This document shows, one piece after another, positions 16,454 to 23,114 of a DNA stretch of 24,000 bases; the stretch's first letter is position 1, and each line of letters opens with the position of its first letter. A program made the position numbers and the translations under genes. The notes under the pieces were generated by a model. The model worked only from the letters and a program-made list of their open reading frames with translations. It made no database searches and was not told where the DNA came from. The stretch comes from Enterobacter phage PG7, in sequence record KJ101592.1; one strand, 5' to 3'.

Positions 16454-17056
16454 TTAGCCTTTCAGACTTTCCAGATATTCCTGGAGGTCAGCGGTGGTGG
16501 TTTCAATACCAGCCGGAGTGGTGTTGAAGGTATCAATACGAGACAGAGTAGTCTGTACATCAACTTTCATCAGAGATGCAGATTCGATGATATCTGCTAC
16601 ATTGTCCAGACCCATGGAGTTAGCGGCGCGAGTTTCACGGATGTACTCGAGTTTCACTTTAAGGTCTTCGCGCTGATCGTCCAGAGCTACAACAGTATTT
16701 TCAATTTCAGTGAGCATCTGTGTCAGTTCAGTTGCTTTGTTACGCAGAGCTTCTGCGGTACGACGATACAGAAGACCGAGTTTAGCATGGGTCTGTACGT
16801 CAGCGTTAGGATTTTCAGCCAGAATTCGGCGAATTTCTTTTTCTTTACTTTCAGCTTGTGCATCTTTTTCTGCAGCAGCTTTAAGTTTATCGTTAATTTC
16901 ACGTGTTGCTGTCACATGACGAGGTTTCAGTTTATGAACTTCAGAGATAATATGCTCAGCAGCATGTGTCATCTGGTCTTCTACCGAAGTGTTCTTGGTC
17001 ATGAAGGTGCCCAGTTTAATGCGGATGAATTCAACAATTTTCTTCAGAATAGCCAT
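16454..17056 (-). CDS. PspA/Vipp1-like coiled-coil protein
   Basis: MAILKKIVEFIRIKLGTFMTKNTSVEDQMTHAAEHIISEVHKL...: amphipathic N-terminal helix followed by long helices, as in PspA ([25 protein letters not shown]...). Confidence 0.55.
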   Translation of the reverse strand: MAILKKIVEFIRIKLGTFMTKNTSVEDQMTHAAEHIISEVHKLKPRHVTATREINDKLKAAAEKDAQAESKEKEIRRILAENPNADVQTHAKLGLLYRRTAEALRNKATELTQMLTEIENTVVALDDQREDLKVKLEYIRETRAANSMGLDNVADIIESASLMKVDVQTTLSRIDTFNTTPAGIETTTADLQEYLESLKG

Positions 17057-17110
17057 GTTTATTTCCTTTCAGTTTAAAGTAGAGTTATTTTAAATCAAAT
17101 TTTTAAAGCA

Positions 17111-17342
17111 TTACTCATATGAATTGATGAGTTCTTCCATAAAATCTAAAACTTCGTTATCAATAGCAGCATAATCATCTGCATCGTACTTTTTCCATTG
17201 CATCTGTAACAATGCGAGTCATTGAATCAAGAGCAGCCTTGCGTTCTTCACCCGATGGAAAGTTTGGAGTTTTACCAAACAGACGAGAAAATGAACTAAA
17301 ATATGCTTGTGCTGCAACTCGGGCTTTATCAGGATAATGCAT
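17111..17342 (-). pseudogene. Two overlapping small ORFs or one frameshifted gene
   Basis: MHYPDKARVAAQAYFSSFSRLFGKTPNFPSGEERKAALDSMTRIVTDAMEKVRCR* (17175-17342) and MQWKKYDADDYAAIDNEVLDFMEELINSYE* (17111-17203), junction near an A5 run. Confidence 0.5.
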
Positions 17343-17352
17343 GTTGTGTTCC

Positions 17353-17550
17353 TCACATACGATGACCGATTACCAATTGAGCTGTAGGCCAGTTAGTAAC
17401 AGAATACTCGATTACGTCTTTGACATCTTTAGCTTCAACAATGTCAGTCACATGATATTCATGGTCACCTGTATTCAGGATTGCACGATAATGAGTAACT
17501 TCACCGAAATTGTTAGTAATTTCGTGGATTGTAGAAGTGTTAAATTTCAT
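17353..17550 (-). CDS. Hypothetical protein
   Basis: ORF; start MKFNTSTIHEI. Confidence 0.6.
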   Translation of the reverse strand: MKFNTSTIHEITNNFGEVTHYRAILNTGDHEYHVTDIVEAKDVKDVIEYSVTNWPTAQLVIGHRM

Positions 17551-17585
17551 TTTATTCTCCGATTCAATTTTGTTTTGATGAGGTA

Positions 17586-17615
17586 ATAATACCACACTAC
17601 CTCATCATTGTAAAC
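17586..17615 (-). promoter_or_regulatory. T4-type early promoter
   Basis: Minus GTTTAC (17615-17610), 18 nt, TATTAT. Confidence 0.6.
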
Positions 17616-17619
17616 AATT

Positions 17620-17820
17620 TTATTTCATTCTGTTGAAATATTTTTCAGCTGCTTCGTCATCTTTATGGTAGGTCTTAGTCAAAGCTACCGGGCGAACGTT
17701 GAAAGTGTTAAGAGAATCACGAGCAATCACGATAGTAAACCAACGGCCATCATCATTACCTAAAGCAGCATAACGATAAGTGTCCCATACGAATTGCTTA
17801 ATGCTTTTGATATCGTTCAA
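17620..17820 (-). CDS. Hypothetical protein
   Basis: ORF. Confidence 0.6.
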   Translation of the reverse strand: MNDIKSIKQFVWDTYRYAALGNDDGRWFTIVIARDSLNTFNVRPVALTKTYHKDDEAAEKYFNRMK

Positions 17821-17911
17821 AGAATTTGCTAAATCTGAATGACCGTTCTTAGCGAGTTTTTCTGGTGATGATGTTGAACATTTTCTTTACTCCGTTTGTT
17901 TTTGATGGAGC

Positions 17912-17941
17912 TATAATAACACATCTAGAACCAATGTAAAC
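17912..17941 (-). promoter_or_regulatory. T4-type early promoter
   Basis: Minus GTTTAC (17941-17936) and TATTATAG about 17 nt downstream. Confidence 0.6.
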
Positions 17942-18039
17942 GGCAAGTGAAAAAATTTTTTAAAGATGGATTTGGATTCACCAGAACGGCTGAGAGGAAC
18001 TTTCTAGAAGAGAATGATTAAACCATTGGCTATACATAT

Positions 18040-18076
18040 AAAAATGCCCTGAGTGTCATAGAGATACCCAGGGCAT
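18040..18076 (-). terminator. Rho-independent terminator
   Basis: Minus ATGCCCTG...CAGGGCAT followed by TTTTTAT, right after the CDS ending at 18082. Confidence 0.75.
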
Positions 18077-18081
18077 TAAAA

Positions 18082-18735
18082 TTACTTAGTTTCTACCTTT
18101 TTGAGTGCTTTGGCACGAACGTCCACACGGTGCGCCGACTCTATATATTTGCGAACTTCTTTAGCTATTCCAGCAGTGTAAGCCACAGTTTCTACGGTTG
18201 TATACAAGTCCATCAGCTCAGGAGTGTCGATGTTGCTGATGTTACGACCTCTGCGGATTTTAGCAAACTGAGTTTTAAGTGCAGCACCATCTTTAGAAAT
18301 TTCATTGAGAAGAGCGAGAATCTTCTCATACTTGTTTACGATGCCTTTAACGTCAAACTTGTAAAGGTCTGCGCTAACTTTAGTAGCCGGCGTCGCTTTA
18401 GGTGTCTGAACTGGAGCTGCAGGTTTAACTGCTGGTGCCGCTTTAGGAGCAGGAGCTTTCACTGTAGCAGCTTTAGGTTCTTTTGGTGCTTTTGCCGGAG
18501 ATTTAATGCCTCTCAGAGTTTTAAAAGCATTTTGTACTTTGTAATAATCTTGTGGATTAGAAGTTCCAATACCATAAAGTTTTTGGACTGATGCAGCAAA
18601 TTTCATGAAGTCGTTACGTTCGCCAGGAGGAACTAAATCCATAGCACTCTGCCACTTCATTTTAGTCATGCGTTCGCCAGCTTCAGTAATCATGTCATAT
18701 TCTGACTCTGTAATAAATTCTTTAAAGTTAAGCAT
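18082..18735 (-). CDS. Putative internal/capsid-packaged protein with CTS-like N-terminus and Ala/Pro/Lys-rich linker
   Basis: MLNFKEFITE|SEYD resembles T4 CTS (MKTYQEFIAEA); APKAAPAVKPAAPVQTPKATPATK linker; own late promoter. Confidence 0.6.
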   Translation of the reverse strand: MLNFKEFITESEYDMITEAGERMTKMKWQSAMDLVPPGERNDFMKFAASVQKLYGIGTSNPQDYYKVQNAFKTLRGIKSPAKAPKEPKAATVKAPAPKAAPAVKPAAPVQTPKATPATKVSADLYKFDVKGIVNKYEKILALLNEISKDGAALKTQFAKIRRGRNISNIDTPELMDLYTTVETVAYTAGIAKEVRKYIESAHRVDVRAKALKKVETK

Positions 18736-18764
18736 AATAGGGTTCCGTGTTAGTTATTGTTGTA

Positions 18765-18772
18765 TTTATATG
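18765..18772 (-). promoter_or_regulatory. T4-type late promoter -10
   Basis: Exact TATAAATA on minus strand, 29 nt upstream of ATG at 18735. Confidence 0.8.
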
Positions 18773-18780
18773 CAACAACG

Positions 18781-19010
18781 CCCCGTCCGAAGACAGGGCG
18801 CAAGAATCGACAGCACCACCTACTGGCAGATGGCCTGCAGAAGTTCGTTCCCAGCGACTCGGAGGCATCAGTCTCGCCCCTGGGAATATAGCGTCGTGGA
18901 GGTGTCACTTTGCAGGTGATTAACAACCGGTGGCTCCGCGGAACCGTTGCGGCAAGGGCTAGCCTTCTCTTCTAACACGACGTCTTCATACGAGAGCTGC
19001 AACTCTCTGT
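18781..19010 (-). ncRNA. Candidate structured non-coding RNA, about 230 nt
   Basis: GC-rich ORF-free island; minus strand has CGCCCTGTC-TTCG-GACGGGGCG, GAGAG-TTGCAG-CTCTC, GGTTC-CGCG-GAGCC, CCATCT-GCCAGT-AGGTGG, CCCAG...CTGGG, and long-range CGTCGTG/CACGACG. Confidence 0.6.
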
Positions 19011-19011
19011 A

Positions 19012-19212
19012 TTAGCTTAGATGCTTAACCGCATCGCAATCGTAAACAAAATAACTCGTTCCATATGGGTCAGAGATATTATTGAAATAATCATAAACTT
19101 TCTGTTCAGCTTCTCCATCAGAGTCAGCATCTACTGTGAACAGTTCTTCTTTAATTCTTCCGCCGTCTTCCATGTATTCTGCGATTTTATAACGTACTTG
19201 AACTAAACGCAT
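19012..19212 (-). CDS. Hypothetical protein
   Basis: ORF with AGGAAA SD. Confidence 0.6.
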   Translation of the reverse strand: MRLVQVRYKIAEYMEDGGRIKEELFTVDADSDGEAEQKVYDYFNNISDPYGTSYFVYDCDAVKHLS

Positions 19213-19227
19213 TGTGTTTTCCTCATT

Positions 19228-19303
19228 TGGTGCCGGTTAACGGATTCGAACCGCTGACCCTCTCATTACAAATGAGCTGCTCTACCAACTGAGCTAAACC
19301 GGC
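19228..19303 (-). tRNA. tRNA-Thr(TGT)
   Basis: Cloverleaf, loop TTTGTAA, encoded CCA. Confidence 0.95.
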
Positions 19304-19304
19304 T

Positions 19305-19389
19305 TGGTGCATCAAGAGGGATTCGAACCCTCAATCCTTTCGGCGGGAGATTTTAAGTCTCCTGTGTATACCAGTTCCACCATTGATGC
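19305..19389 (-). tRNA. tRNA-Leu(TAA)
   Basis: Class II cloverleaf, loop CTTAAAA, encoded CCA. Confidence 0.95.
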
Positions 19390-19395
19390 GAAATT

Positions 19396-19480
19396 TGGAG
19401 CTAGGAGTGAGATTCGAACTCACGAAGGGATACCCGGCGGATTTGCAATCCGCTGCCTTTGGCCACTCAGCAACCCTAGC
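19396..19480 (-). tRNA. tRNA with GCA anticodon (Cys) and long variable arm
   Basis: GCTAGGG TT GCTGAGTGGCCAAAGGC A GCGGA TTGCAAA TCCGC CGGGTATCCCTTC GTGAG TTCGAAT CTCAC TCCTAGC T CCA. Confidence 0.85.
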
Positions 19481-19484
19481 AAAT

Positions 19485-19562
19485 TGGTCGAGGTAGAGGG
19501 ATTCGAACCCGTCGACCTGTGGATTAGAAGTCCACTGCTCTATCCAGCTGAGCTATACCCCG
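19485..19562 (-). tRNA. tRNA-Arg(TCT)
   Basis: CGGGGTA...GTGGA CTTCTAA TCCAC...TACCTCG A CCA; T stem ACGGG/CCCTC has two mismatches. Confidence 0.88.
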
Positions 19563-19566
19563 AGTG

Positions 19567-19691
19567 TGTTCAGACAGGACTCGAACCTGTAAGCATGTTC
19601 TTGCGGCGTTTTACCACCGTCGTCAGCATATGATTCAATATGCGAACTCAAAAGGTGTTGGACCCCTTGTCTACCAATTCCAGCACTGAAC
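19567..19691 (-). ncRNA. tRNA-like stable RNA with greatly expanded variable region
   Basis: GTTCAGT ... TCTGAAC acceptor-like stem, Leu-like D arm TGGAATTGGTAGACA, canonical T arm ACAGG-TTCGAGT-CCTGT, about 55-60 nt between anticodon arm and T arm, no CCA. Confidence 0.65.
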
Positions 19692-19702
19692 AACTTTATT
19701 TA

Positions 19703-19927
19703 TTACATATCAACCTGTGTAAACCAGTTGATTTTGAAATACTCATCAAAATGAAGAGCAGGTTCAACTTGAGTATCTTCCTCAAGAAGAATTAAATTCT
19801 TTCTTACAATCGGGTCAAGATGAGTTGTGTTTAAGCAGCTATCATGCCAATATGTAAGAACTCGATTTGATTCAGTATCAACGAGATAACGAACATTCAT
19901 ATCAGGATGTCGGTACAGATTAATCAT
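19703..19927 (-). CDS. Hypothetical protein
   Basis: ORF between RNA genes. Confidence 0.55.
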   Translation of the reverse strand: MINLYRHPDMNVRYLVDTESNRVLTYWHDSCLNTTHLDPIVRKNLILLEEDTQVEPALHFDEYFKINWFTQVDM

Positions 19928-19970
19928 AATCTATTTCTCTTGAAGCATTTTGCGTAAACGATAGAGCTGA

Positions 19971-20381
19971 TTACAAAAATTCCTTTTCAGTCAAAACTGT
20001 TTCAGAGATTTTGTTCTTGCCCATACTGTGGGTTAATGTTGCGTTACGAGTAGCAATCAATGCTTTTTGGAATCCAGTGTTTTGAGCAAGTGCGTCATAA
20101 GCTCCAGTTAAAAGATTCTGGTATGCTTCAGATGCTCGATGAATAGGAACACCCTTCCAGTAAAGCGTTTGAGTAGGCCACCAACGTTTCTTCTTGCCTT
20201 TAAACTTTGCTGCCTTTCCAACCAAGGTGCAAACATGAGCTTGCATTTCAGGGTTAGAAAATTTGAGGGATTGTAAGAAACCCTCCATTGAGGCACATTC
20301 TACGCCGTCATAAACGAAAGCATGTGGTGCAAAGTTACTTAAAGCACAAGAAGGATATGAACTTCCAGAGCCAATGTCCAT
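19971..20381 (-). CDS. NADAR-like (YbiA/DUF1768-type) protein
   Basis: ALSNFAPHAFVYDGVECASMEGFLQSLKFSNPEMQ...GKAAKFKG...W...ASEAYQNLLTGAYDALAQNTGFQKALIATRNATLTH: NADAR-style architecture. Confidence 0.7.
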   Translation of the reverse strand: MDIGSGSSYPSCALSNFAPHAFVYDGVECASMEGFLQSLKFSNPEMQAHVCTLVGKAAKFKGKKKRWWPTQTLYWKGVPIHRASEAYQNLLTGAYDALAQNTGFQKALIATRNATLTHSMGKNKISETVLTEKEFL

Positions 20382-20612
20382 TTAATTACCGTGAGATATT
20401 CTAGAAGGTTTCTTACCAAAATAATATTCATATGAGCCATCTAAACGACCTGCTTTAGTGCGGCAATATGAATCCCATTTCTTATAATGCCGCCATTCAT
20501 CATTATATCTTGGATGACGGTCAGCAATTAAAATCTCTAATGGCCAACCAGGCGCAAAGGAACGGAGCCGTTCGACCTTTCTAATGTATCTTTTCTTTAA
20601 GATTTTCTTCAT
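20382..20612 (-). CDS. Hypothetical basic protein
   Basis: ORF directly abutting neighbours. Confidence 0.6.
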   Translation of the reverse strand: MKKILKKRYIRKVERLRSFAPGWPLEILIADRHPRYNDEWRHYKKWDSYCRTKAGRLDGSYEYYFGKKPSRISHGN

Positions 20613-20821
20613 ATAGATTCCGACATTACGTGAGTAGTTCTCTTTCTGATTGTAAATTGAGTTAATTCATCAACTTCACCACAACGCCAAGCGTCATCTT
20701 CAGTTTCAAAACCAAGAGCCTCGAATAAGTTGCCTAAACGCCAACCTTCGTCAAACTCGGGGTCTCCTGAAAAATAGTAATAGTAATCACCAGTTACTAA
20801 ATCTTGAATTAACAAAATCAA
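20609..20821 (-). CDS. Hypothetical acidic protein
   Basis: ORF with ATGA overlap. Confidence 0.6.
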   Translation of the reverse strand: MILLIQDLVTGDYYYYFSGDPEFDEGWRLGNLFEALGFETEDDAWRCGEVDELTQFTIRKRTTHVMSESI

Positions 20822-20830
20822 ACTTTTCCA

Positions 20831-21343
20831 TCAGATACTTACCACAGTAATAGCTTCAGGAGCTTTAGGAATAACGATATCTTCTTCAATGTAGAAGAGC
20901 TTAAATGTTTCAGCTACACGCATAAAGTCAATATCATAACCGACTGGAGTTCCAATCAATTCTTGAATCTTATCCATCACTTTATACTGAACTTGATAGA
21001 AATCTTCAAGACGAGCATCGAATTCGTCTTCAGTATAATCACCTTCTGGGATTACAAAGCCAAGCACTTCTGAACAGAACTCTGGAGTGATTTCTTCATT
21101 TTCAACACAGTATTCAAAGAAAGCATCACCGGAATAATCTTCATTACCCATTCCATTAGGGTCTGAATTATCAGATGCAAAACATTTAGCAACGGCGCAC
21201 CAGCCTGAAACGTGTCTAGCATTTACAGCATAAATCACATTCTCTTGATAATCATCGCCATCGTTTTCCCATGATACACATGATACTGCATAACCTTTAG
21301 GGATAGTTTGACCAAAAGCGGAGTTCCATAATATTTCCTTCAA
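20831..21343 (-). CDS. Hypothetical strongly acidic protein
   Basis: ORF; Asp/Glu rich. Confidence 0.7.
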   Translation of the reverse strand: MKEILWNSAFGQTIPKGYAVSCVSWENDGDDYQENVIYAVNARHVSGWCAVAKCFASDNSDPNGMGNEDYSGDAFFEYCVENEEITPEFCSEVLGFVIPEGDYTEDEFDARLEDFYQVQYKVMDKIQELIGTPVGYDIDFMRVAETFKLFYIEEDIVIPKAPEAITVVSI

Positions 21344-21714
21344 TTAAATGGTGGAAGTGGTTTCATGTATAAATCTATCAACATTCTCCATTTAGCAATT
21401 ACTTTAGAATACGGAGATTTATGAGAGAATTGCGAAATGTCAGAATAATCAAGTTCAGGCAGTGGAGTTAAATGACCCATCAGCTCACGAGGAAATTGAT
21501 GAAAACAATTCATCAAATCTTTGTAAACATAATCAAGTAAGTCTTTAACATCAAAGAATTGGGTATTTAGTCCTTCTTTGGAATAACGATATTTCAGAAA
21601 TTTCCAATGGCCAGACTTAGAATCTTGAGTAAACGCGTAATCACTATGAAGCATGATATCGCGAACAAAATCTTCAGAAAAGAAGATGGAGTGAGTGCAA
21701 CCATAATAAATCAT
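21340..21714 (-). CDS. Hypothetical protein (start MIYYGCTHS)
   Basis: The longer track ORF runs through the tRNA at 21733-21809; start placed after GAGGAAA SD. Confidence 0.65.
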   Translation of the reverse strand: MIYYGCTHSIFFSEDFVRDIMLHSDYAFTQDSKSGHWKFLKYRYSKEGLNTQFFDVKDLLDYVYKDLMNCFHQFPRELMGHLTPLPELDYSDISQFSHKSPYSKVIAKWRMLIDLYMKPLPPFN

Positions 21715-21732
21715 AATATTTTCCTCAGAATT

Positions 21733-21809
21733 TGGTGACCCCAGCAGGACTCGAACCTGCAACCTAGCGATTATGAGTCGCGTGCTCTAACCAATTGAGC
21801 TATAGGGCC
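21733..21809 (-). tRNA. tRNA(CAT), probably Ile2 type (lysidine, decodes AUA)
   Basis: GGCCCTA TA GCTCAATTGGTTAGAGC A CGCGA CTCATAA TCGCT ... GGGGTC A CCA; body resembles E. coli tRNA-Ile2 (GGCCCCUUAGCUC...GGCGACUCAUAAUCGCU). Confidence 0.85.
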
Positions 21810-22062
21810 AAAGTCCTCCTAAGAGGACCGAGGGTATTAATTCAACCATGAAATCTGCTACTTCATCAAAGTCATTATTAATGACAACAGTAAATGGCAG
21901 AGCTTCATCGCTTGTTTTGATAGTCAGCTTAACAAAACCATCAACAGTTTCAACCAAACCAACGATTTTATCTGAACGCACTACAGCACGAGCTACGTCA
22001 ACAATTTTGCCAGTCATTGCAAATGTAGCGATTTGGTTAACTTCAACAACGATACGTTTCAT
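21787..22062 (-). CDS. Hypothetical protein whose 3' end lies inside the tRNA(CAT) gene
   Basis: MKRIVVEVNQIATFAMTGK...; C-terminus LWPYSSIG* is encoded by tRNA sequence. Confidence 0.65.
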   Translation of the reverse strand: MKRIVVEVNQIATFAMTGKIVDVARAVVRSDKIVGLVETVDGFVKLTIKTSDEALPFTVVINNDFDEVADFMVELIPSVLLGGLWPYSSIG

Positions 22063-22103
22063 TCTTTTTCCTTAGTGGTTTTGATGTAGTAATAATAACA
22101 TCA

Positions 22104-22661
22104 TTATTTTAAAGCATAATATCTAAACGGGTTGATGTGGAATGATAACATTGCTCTGTCATTCTTTTCAGGCTTATCAACTTCAGATTTCAGTTTCCAC
22201 CCGCAGTAAACTCGTAAGCAGAATTGAATTTTTCCAATTTTAAGCCAAGGCTGATATCCAAATACACCCCAAGCCGATTCATTCCACATGAGCAGCCAAC
22301 CATTAGATTTACCATTAGATTCTACAGTAGGATTACCCTTCCATTTAAACTCTGAAGTAGCTTCTCGCCCAAGAACATAATAAGCAAAGTTATATGCTTT
22401 ATTTCGCCATAACCATGCAACGCGTTGCATATATTTTCCAACGACCGGAATTTTACGAATCTTTTCCCAGCGCTTAATATGACCACCATCTCCGTCAATT
22501 GGATTATCAAATGTCATCATCCAATTGAATCCGTATGGAAGTTTTCCACTAACTTCATTATAGAATGGAACTACAAATGGAGCAAGCAAAATAGCTAGCG
22601 CACCAGTAATCCAATCAAGTGGTACAAGAACAATATAACTTAAGTATTTTAGCAGTTTCAT
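22104..22661 (-). CDS. Putative membrane-associated phage protein
   Basis: Start MKLLKYLSYIVLVPLDWITGALAILLAPFVVPFY; SD GGAG. Confidence 0.75.
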   Translation of the reverse strand: MKLLKYLSYIVLVPLDWITGALAILLAPFVVPFYNEVSGKLPYGFNWMMTFDNPIDGDGGHIKRWEKIRKIPVVGKYMQRVAWLWRNKAYNFAYYVLGREATSEFKWKGNPTVESNGKSNGWLLMWNESAWGVFGYQPWLKIGKIQFCLRVYCGWKLKSEVDKPEKNDRAMLSFHINPFRYYALK

Positions 22662-22681
22662 AGTAGTCTCCTTTGACACTC

Positions 22682-22689
22682 TATTTATG
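22682..22689 (-). promoter_or_regulatory. Near-consensus late promoter -10
   Basis: CATAAATA on the minus strand, just downstream of a terminator and upstream of CDS 22104-22661. Confidence 0.5.
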
Positions 22690-22691
22690 CT

Positions 22692-22724
22692 AAAAAGCCC
22701 CGAACAGATTTCTCTGCTCGGGGC
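22692..22724 (-). terminator. Rho-independent terminator
   Basis: Minus GCCCCGAGCAGAGAAATCTGTTCGGGGC followed by TTTTT. Confidence 0.88.
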
Positions 22725-22730
22725 GTTGTT

Positions 22731-22805
22731 TGGTGGGAAGTGTTGGAATCGAACCAACCTCTCATGCTCTTCAGGCACGCGCTAATCCATCTCAGCTAAC
22801 TTCCC
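22731..22805 (-). tRNA. tRNA-Phe(GAA)
   Basis: CGTGC-CTGAAGA-GCATG, CCA encoded. Confidence 0.93.
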
Positions 22806-22806
22806 T

Positions 22807-22883
22807 TGGTCTCCATGCGAGGATTTGAACCTCGGACCCTCCGGTCCCAAACCGGATGCTCTACCAAACTGAGCTACACGGAG
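22807..22883 (-). tRNA. tRNA-Pro(TGG)
   Basis: TCCGG-TTTGGGA-CCGGA, CCA encoded. Confidence 0.95.
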
Positions 22884-22889
22884 TTTATT

Positions 22890-22964
22890 TGGAGCATCCA
22901 GAGAGAATCGAACTCTCATCTACTGGGTGGAAGCCAGTCATAATAGCCGCTATACGATGGATGC
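22890..22964 (-). tRNA. tRNA-Gly(TCC)
   Basis: ACTGG-CTTCCAC-CCAGT, U73, CCA encoded. Confidence 0.95.
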
Positions 22965-22971
22965 AATTTGT

Positions 22972-23063
22972 ACGGAACGCCTGGATTCGAACCAGGTTAA
23001 ATTGCGATTGACGTCACAATTTATCTTATGAAGGCCATGCCTCTACCATATCCGAACGTTCCG
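22972..23063 (-). ncRNA. tRNA-like RNA with long variable hairpin, no CCA
   Basis: CGGAACG...CGTTCCG 7-bp acceptor, T arm CCTGG-TTCGAAT-CCAGG, 8-bp extra hairpin AAATTGTG-ACGTCAAT-CGCAATTT, non-canonical D and anticodon regions. Confidence 0.65.
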
Positions 23064-23114
23064 TCAAAAACGCTACTCGGCTTACGGCTTAGGCAATTCC
23101 TCGAACCGATAATT

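Noticed and set aside
16445-17077. Plus-strand ORF of 210 aa
   Set aside because: Antisense shadow of the PspA-like gene with low-complexity Phe/Ser-rich translation.
18605-18919. Plus-strand ORF of 104 aa running across the structured RNA candidate
   Set aside because: No SD, wrong strand relative to operon, overlaps a well-supported minus-strand gene.
18781-19010. Hammerhead ribozyme inside the structured RNA (CTGATG present)
   Set aside because: No matching GAAA core segment and helix arrangement; CTGATG alone is insufficient.
19304-19633. Plus-strand ORF of 109 aa containing EGFEPS-like repeats
   Set aside because: Translation of tRNA genes in antisense, a classic artefact (EGFEPSIL, GLEPV motifs come from T-arm GGTTCGAATCC).
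22322-22510. Minus ORF of 62 aa inside CDS 22104-22661
   Set aside because: Alternative frame fully nested in a better supported CDS.
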